Of a stretch of DNA of 64,000 nt, positions 60,306 through 64,000 are shown piece after piece (position 1 is the stretch's first letter; each line of letters starts with the position of its first letter). The stretch spans positions 96,001 through 160,000 of the forward strand of contig JAXHLW010000012.1 of NCBI GenBank assembly GCA_034521815.1, in the 5' to 3' direction. This DNA is from Trueperaceae bacterium (GTDB lineage Bacteria > Deinococcota > Deinococci > Deinococcales > Trueperaceae). The notes beneath the pieces are model-generated. The model saw only the letters and a program-made list of their open reading frames with translations, made no database searches and was not told where the DNA came from. The position numbers were made by a program, and so were the translations under genes.

Positions 60306-61772
60306 TCACGCGTCGTAGCTTCCCGAGGTCACCCCTCCGCCCGAGCCGATCCAGTCGAAGTGGACGTTCTCGCCGCGCGGGCGATCGATCCGTTCGAAGG
60401 TGTGCGCGCCGAAGTAGTCGCGTTGCGCCTGCAGCAGGTTCGCCGGGCCCCGCGCGGTCCGGTAGCCGTCGTAGAACGCCAGCGCCGCGGACATCGCCGG
60501 GGTGGCGACGCCGAAGGTGGCCGCGCGGGCGACCGTGCGGCGCCAGCCGTCCTGGGCGGCGTTCACCGCGTCGGCGAAGAACGGCGCGAGCAGCAGGTTC
60601 TCGAGCTCGCGCTCGGCCCGGAACGCGCTGGTGATGTCGTTCAGGAAGCGGCTTCGGATGATGCAGCCAGCGCGCCAAAGGGCAGCGGGCTCGCCCGGCT
60701 GGAGGCTCCACTCGTACGCTGCGGCCGCGTCGCGGAGCAACGCCAAGCCCTGGGCGTACGCGACGATCTTGCTGGCGTAGAGCGCGTCGTGCAGGTCGTC
60801 CAGGAACGACTCGTCGTCGCCGTCGTGCTCGTTGTCGGGGCCGTTCAGCACCTTCGCGGCGCGCTCGCGCTCGTCCTTCGCGGCCGACAGCGAGCGGGCG
60901 TCGACCGCCTCGGCGATGACGGTGAGCGGCACGCCCTGTTCCAGCGCGGTGATCGCCGTCCAGCGGCCGGTGCCCTTCTGGCCGGCGGCGTCCAGGATCA
61001 TGTCCAGCACGTACTGGCCGTCCTCGTCCTTCGTGCCGAGGATCTCGGCGGTGATCTCGATCAGGTAGCTGTCCAGCGCGCCCTCGTCCCAGCGCGCGTA
61101 CACCGCCTGCATCCCCTCGTTCGTCAGACCCAGGCCGTCCTTCATCAGCTGGTAGCTCTCGGCGATGAGCTGCATGTCGCCGTACTCGATCCCGTTGTGG
61201 ACCATCTTCACGAAGTGACCGGCGCCGTCCTCGCCCAGCCAGGCGACGCACGGCTCGCCGTCGGGCGCCTTGGCGGCGATCGCTTCCAGGATCGGCGCGA
61301 CCTCGTCGTACGCGTCCTTGGGGCCGCCGGGCATGATGCTGGGGCCGTGGCGGGCCCCCTCCTCGCCGCCCGACACGCCGACGCCCAGGAAGCGGATGCC
61401 CTTTTCACGCAGCTCGGCCTCGCGGCGGCGGGTGTCGGGGTAGTGACTGTTCCCGCCGTCCATCACGATGTCGCCCTCGTCCAGCAGGGGGACGAGCTGG
61501 CCCAGCACGGCGTCCACCGCGCGGCCGGCCTGGACCATCAGCATCACCTTGCGGGGCCGCTCGAGCCGGCCGACGAGCTCGTCCAGCTCGTGGGCGGCGA
61601 TCACGTTCGCGTCGCCCGCCCGCTGGTCCATGAACTCGTCGGTGACCGAGGTCGTACGGTTGTACACCGCCACGGTCACGCCGTGGTCGCTCATGTTGAG
61701 CACCAGGTTCTGGCCCATCACGGCCAGGCCGATCAGGCCGATGTCGGCGCGGGTTTCGGGTCCAACGTCCAT
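60306..61772 (-). CDS. gndA: 6-phosphogluconate dehydrogenase (decarboxylating)
   Basis: GLAVMG, YNRT, SGGEEGA, VKMVHNGIEYGDMQ, QKGTG, QRDYFGAH. Confidence 0.97.
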   Translation of the reverse strand: MDVGPETRADIGLIGLAVMGQNLVLNMSDHGVTVAVYNRTTSVTDEFMDQRAGDANVIAAHELDELVGRLERPRKVMLMVQAGRAVDAVLGQLVPLLDEGDIVMDGGNSHYPDTRRREAELREKGIRFLGVGVSGGEEGARHGPSIMPGGPKDAYDEVAPILEAIAAKAPDGEPCVAWLGEDGAGHFVKMVHNGIEYGDMQLIAESYQLMKDGLGLTNEGMQAVYARWDEGALDSYLIEITAEILGTKDEDGQYVLDMILDAAGQKGTGRWTAITALEQGVPLTVIAEAVDARSLSAAKDERERAAKVLNGPDNEHDGDDESFLDDLHDALYASKIVAYAQGLALLRDAAAAYEWSLQPGEPAALWRAGCIIRSRFLNDITSAFRAERELENLLLAPFFADAVNAAQDGWRRTVARAATFGVATPAMSAALAFYDGYRTARGPANLLQAQRDYFGAHTFERIDRPRGENVHFDWIGSGGGVTSGSYDA

Positions 61773-61811
61773 GCTGACCTCCTATGCCCCGCGATTGGCG
61801 CGGCGCGTTGC

Positions 61812-61823
61812 GGTAACGTTACC
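61812..61823. promoter_or_regulatory. Perfect palindrome GGTAACGTTACC upstream of gnd (candidate LacI-family operator)
   Basis: 12-bp palindrome with central CG; contains TAACGT, preceded by TG on the minus strand. Confidence 0.55.
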
Positions 61824-61872
61824 ATGCGTCGTTGGGCCGATTCCTTCGCCGCGGGCGACCTCCAGCTGGCGT

Positions 61873-62301
61873 CTAGCTGGCGTCGGCCCGGGCCCGCCGC
61901 AGCGCTTCCGCGCTGACGGCGCGACCCCACAACGCCACCGCGAAGATCACCATCCCGGCCAGCGTCGCCGAGCCCGCCGCCACCAGGACCCAGCGCAGCG
62001 ACGACGGCCCGGCCATCCGCCACCACGGCTCGACCACGACGCGGATCGCCAGGCCGCCGTGGAACAGGGCGAACGCCCACGCCTCGAGCCGCGGGGTCCG
62101 CCGCCCGCCCGGCCGCGGCATCAGCCAGAACGCCACGCCCATCACCAGCGACAGGAAGAAGCCGAGCACGCCCGCGTGAACGTGCACCACCCGGAACGCC
62201 CCCATCCAGCGCGGCCACGCCAGGAACACGGTGCCCAGCAGGCCCGTCAGGACCAGGTACACCAGCGCCGTGCGAACGAACAGGGCCTGGACGCGGCTCA
62301 C
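61873..62301 (-). CDS. Small 4-TM membrane protein, heme-copper oxidase subunit I / NnrS-like fragment
   Basis: VHVHAGVLGF...GVAFWLMPR pattern; GTG overlaps the upstream TGA. Confidence 0.55.
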   Translation of the reverse strand: MSRVQALFVRTALVYLVLTGLLGTVFLAWPRWMGAFRVVHVHAGVLGFFLSLVMGVAFWLMPRPGGRRTPRLEAWAFALFHGGLAIRVVVEPWWRMAGPSSLRWVLVAAGSATLAGMVIFAVALWGRAVSAEALRRARADAS

Positions 62302-63164
62302 GCCCGGATCCCCGCGGCCAGCGCCACGACCCAGACCAGGCCCGCGACCGTCTCGGCCATCCCGATCCGCGACGGAGGAACCGCCGGTGCGCCGCCGCGC
62401 AGCGTCCACAGCGCACGTGCGCCCAGCACGATCGCCACGCCCGCCGCCCACGGCGCGAGGTGGCCGGTGAGCGCGGCGGCGACCGCGACGAGGGGCAGCG
62501 CCATTGCGCCCAGTCGCGCACTCCGGATCGCGGCGTCGCGTCCACGCGCGCGCCTTAGGCGGGCGCGAACGGCCGGGACCGACGCGCCGATCCGCAGGAT
62601 CAGCCATCCCCACGCCGCCCAGGCGACCGCGGCGGACGCGCCGCCCGCCAGCGCGATGGCGGGCGCAAGGCCGGCCAGCGCCACCGCGCCCGAGACCTGC
62701 GCGGCCGCCGTCTTGCCGCGGAACGCCCGGTCCAGGCTCAGCTGGAGCCCCGCGGGCACGGCGGCCAGGGCCAACGGCAGCCACCACGCCGACGCCAGCG
62801 TCACGGCGACCGTCGGGTTCGTGCCCGCTGGGCCCGCCGTCGAGGCTTGCGCGGCCAGCACGGCCGCCGCAGCCAGCCCGGCTGCGGCCGCGAGTCCCAG
62901 CGCCAGCGCGATGCGGCTCGCGACCGTGGTGCGCGGGTAGCGCCGGCCGCGACGCAGATCGGCCAGGGCCAGCGCCGCCGGCTGCTGTGCCAGGACCGCC
63001 GACGCCCCTGCCAGCGCCAACGCGATCCCCGCCCACGACGGCGCCAGCAGCGAGCCCAGCAGCACCGGCTCGGCCCAGAGGCCGTACACGCCGTGCTCCT
63101 GGGGGCGGATCAGCGGGCCGAGGGCTACGCGAGGTCGCTGGCTGGCCGCGCGGTCAGCGGCCAT
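62298..63164 (-). CDS. YwiC-like membrane protein
   Basis: PQEHGVYG N-terminal motif, VPAVRARL, RIGMAE; multi-TM. Confidence 0.7.
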   Translation of the reverse strand: MAADRAASQRPRVALGPLIRPQEHGVYGLWAEPVLLGSLLAPSWAGIALALAGASAVLAQQPAALALADLRRGRRYPRTTVASRIALALGLAAAAGLAAAAVLAAQASTAGPAGTNPTVAVTLASAWWLPLALAAVPAGLQLSLDRAFRGKTAAAQVSGAVALAGLAPAIALAGGASAAVAWAAWGWLILRIGASVPAVRARLRRARGRDAAIRSARLGAMALPLVAVAAALTGHLAPWAAGVAIVLGARALWTLRGGAPAVPPSRIGMAETVAGLVWVVALAAGIRA

Positions 63165-63375
63165 CGCCCGCCTGCTCCGGCTCGCGCCAGGTGAGGGCCC
63201 CGGTCGGGCAGGCGGCCATCGCCAGCAAGGTGTCCGGCGTGACCGGCACGTCGCGACCGTCACCGATCTCGGGCGCCAGCAGATGACACAGCTCGCCGTG
63301 CTGACAGCGTTCTGGGTCGATGCGCATCGTGCGAGGTCTGAGGCGGGGCTTCGGGTGCGGGCTCGACTCGGTCAT
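63154..63375 (-). CDS. Small ferredoxin ([3Fe-4S]-type Cys pattern)
   Basis: IDPERCQHGELC...ACPTGAL; CAGGCT 6 nt before the ATG. Confidence 0.75.
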   Translation of the reverse strand: MTESSPHPKPRLRPRTMRIDPERCQHGELCHLLAPEIGDGRDVPVTPDTLLAMAACPTGALTWREPEQAGDGR

Positions 63376-63403
63376 GCGCTCAGCCTGGCCCGTCGCCACG
63401 GGA

Positions 63404-63441
63404 TCGCGCCATGACTCAGGTCGCGCCATGACTCAGGTCGT
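63404..63441. promoter_or_regulatory. 17-bp direct repeat x2, each unit holding a Crp/Fnr-like site ATGAC-TCAG-GTCGY
   Basis: TCGCGCCATGACTCAGG duplicated; proximal site centred about 42 nt upstream of the ferredoxin start. Confidence 0.6.
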
Positions 63442-63488
63442 GCCGTGGCGGCGTCGTGCGGTCACGCCAAGGTCGGCGACAGGCCGCG

Positions 63489-64000
63489 TCAGCGTCGCGC
63501 GGTCGACGCCAGCTCGCGAAGCCCGTCGCGGTCGGCGTCGATCACGCGGCGACCGTCCATGCGCACCAGTCCCTGCTGCGCCAGCCGGGACAGGTTGCGG
63601 CTCGCCAGCTCCGGAACGGTCCCCAGCGAGGCCGCCAGCTCGGCGTTGGTGGGCAGGTCGAACGGCAGGCCCGCGTCGGCCCGATCGGCCAGCAGAAGCG
63701 CCAAGCGCTGCACCACCTCCTGGAACGACAGGCGCTCGATCAGCCCGACGAGTTTCCTGAGGCGTCGACCCAGCGTGCCCAGCAGCGCCCTCGACAGGCG
63801 CGGCCGGGCGTCGAGAAGCGCCTCCAGCGCGGTTTGAGGCAAGGCCAGGGTCTCGCTGTCGAGCTCGGCCTCGGCGTGCGCGGGGTACGGCCCGCCGTCG
63901 AACGAGGGGAGCTCGGCGACGGCGTGGTACGGCGTCTCCTGGGTCAGGACCAGCGGCCGTCCCGAGCGTGGCGACGCGACCTGGACGATGATCTTGCCGC
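63489..64000 (-). CDS. Crp/Fnr family transcriptional regulator (5' end outside window)
   Basis: VAELPSFDGGPYPAHA, QRLA, ELAASLGTVPELASRNL. Confidence 0.88.
   Translation of the reverse strand, partial: GKIIVQVASPRSGRPLVLTQETPYHAVAELPSFDGGPYPAHAEAELDSETLALPQTALEALLDARPRLSRALLGTLGRRLRKLVGLIERLSFQEVVQRLALLLADRADAGLPFDLPTNAELAASLGTVPELASRNLSRLAQQGLVRMDGRRVIDADRDGLRELASTARR

Overview
Very GC-rich bacterial chromosomal window, most consistent with Deinococcota (Truepera-like). This is inferred from many genes with a TAnnnT -10 box 5-6 nt before the start codon and from a long Thermus-type isocitrate dehydrogenase. About 65 CDSs; no rRNA, tRNA, CRISPR array or transposase was seen. Several genes carry 1-nt indels, so either long-read errors or local decay. 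Blocks in order: lactate dehydrogenase and permease; a ZIP-coupled nosD/F/L/L/Y-like copper operon with no nosZ in the window; a sulfotransferase-like plus class IV aminotransferase pair; peptidases; cspA; a divergent betA/betB-like catabolic cluster with peptide-type ABC transporter, class III aminotransferase, CoA-transferase, M20 deacylase and thiolase; an orphan antitoxin with a 9-codon VapC stump; a kaiB-kaiC-diguanylate cyclase operon followed by a second DGC and a multi-PAS HD-GYP, with a degenerate marC fragment as a possible integration scar; TroABCD, DtxR/MntR and a second ZIP; icd; fluC; TPR-GGDEF; gnd with a nucleotidyltransferase and GHMP kinase; and a Crp/Fnr-linked ferredoxin/YwiC operon. 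The best candidate for an undescribed system is the KaiBC/c-di-GMP module. All product calls come from motif recognition by eye, not database searches.
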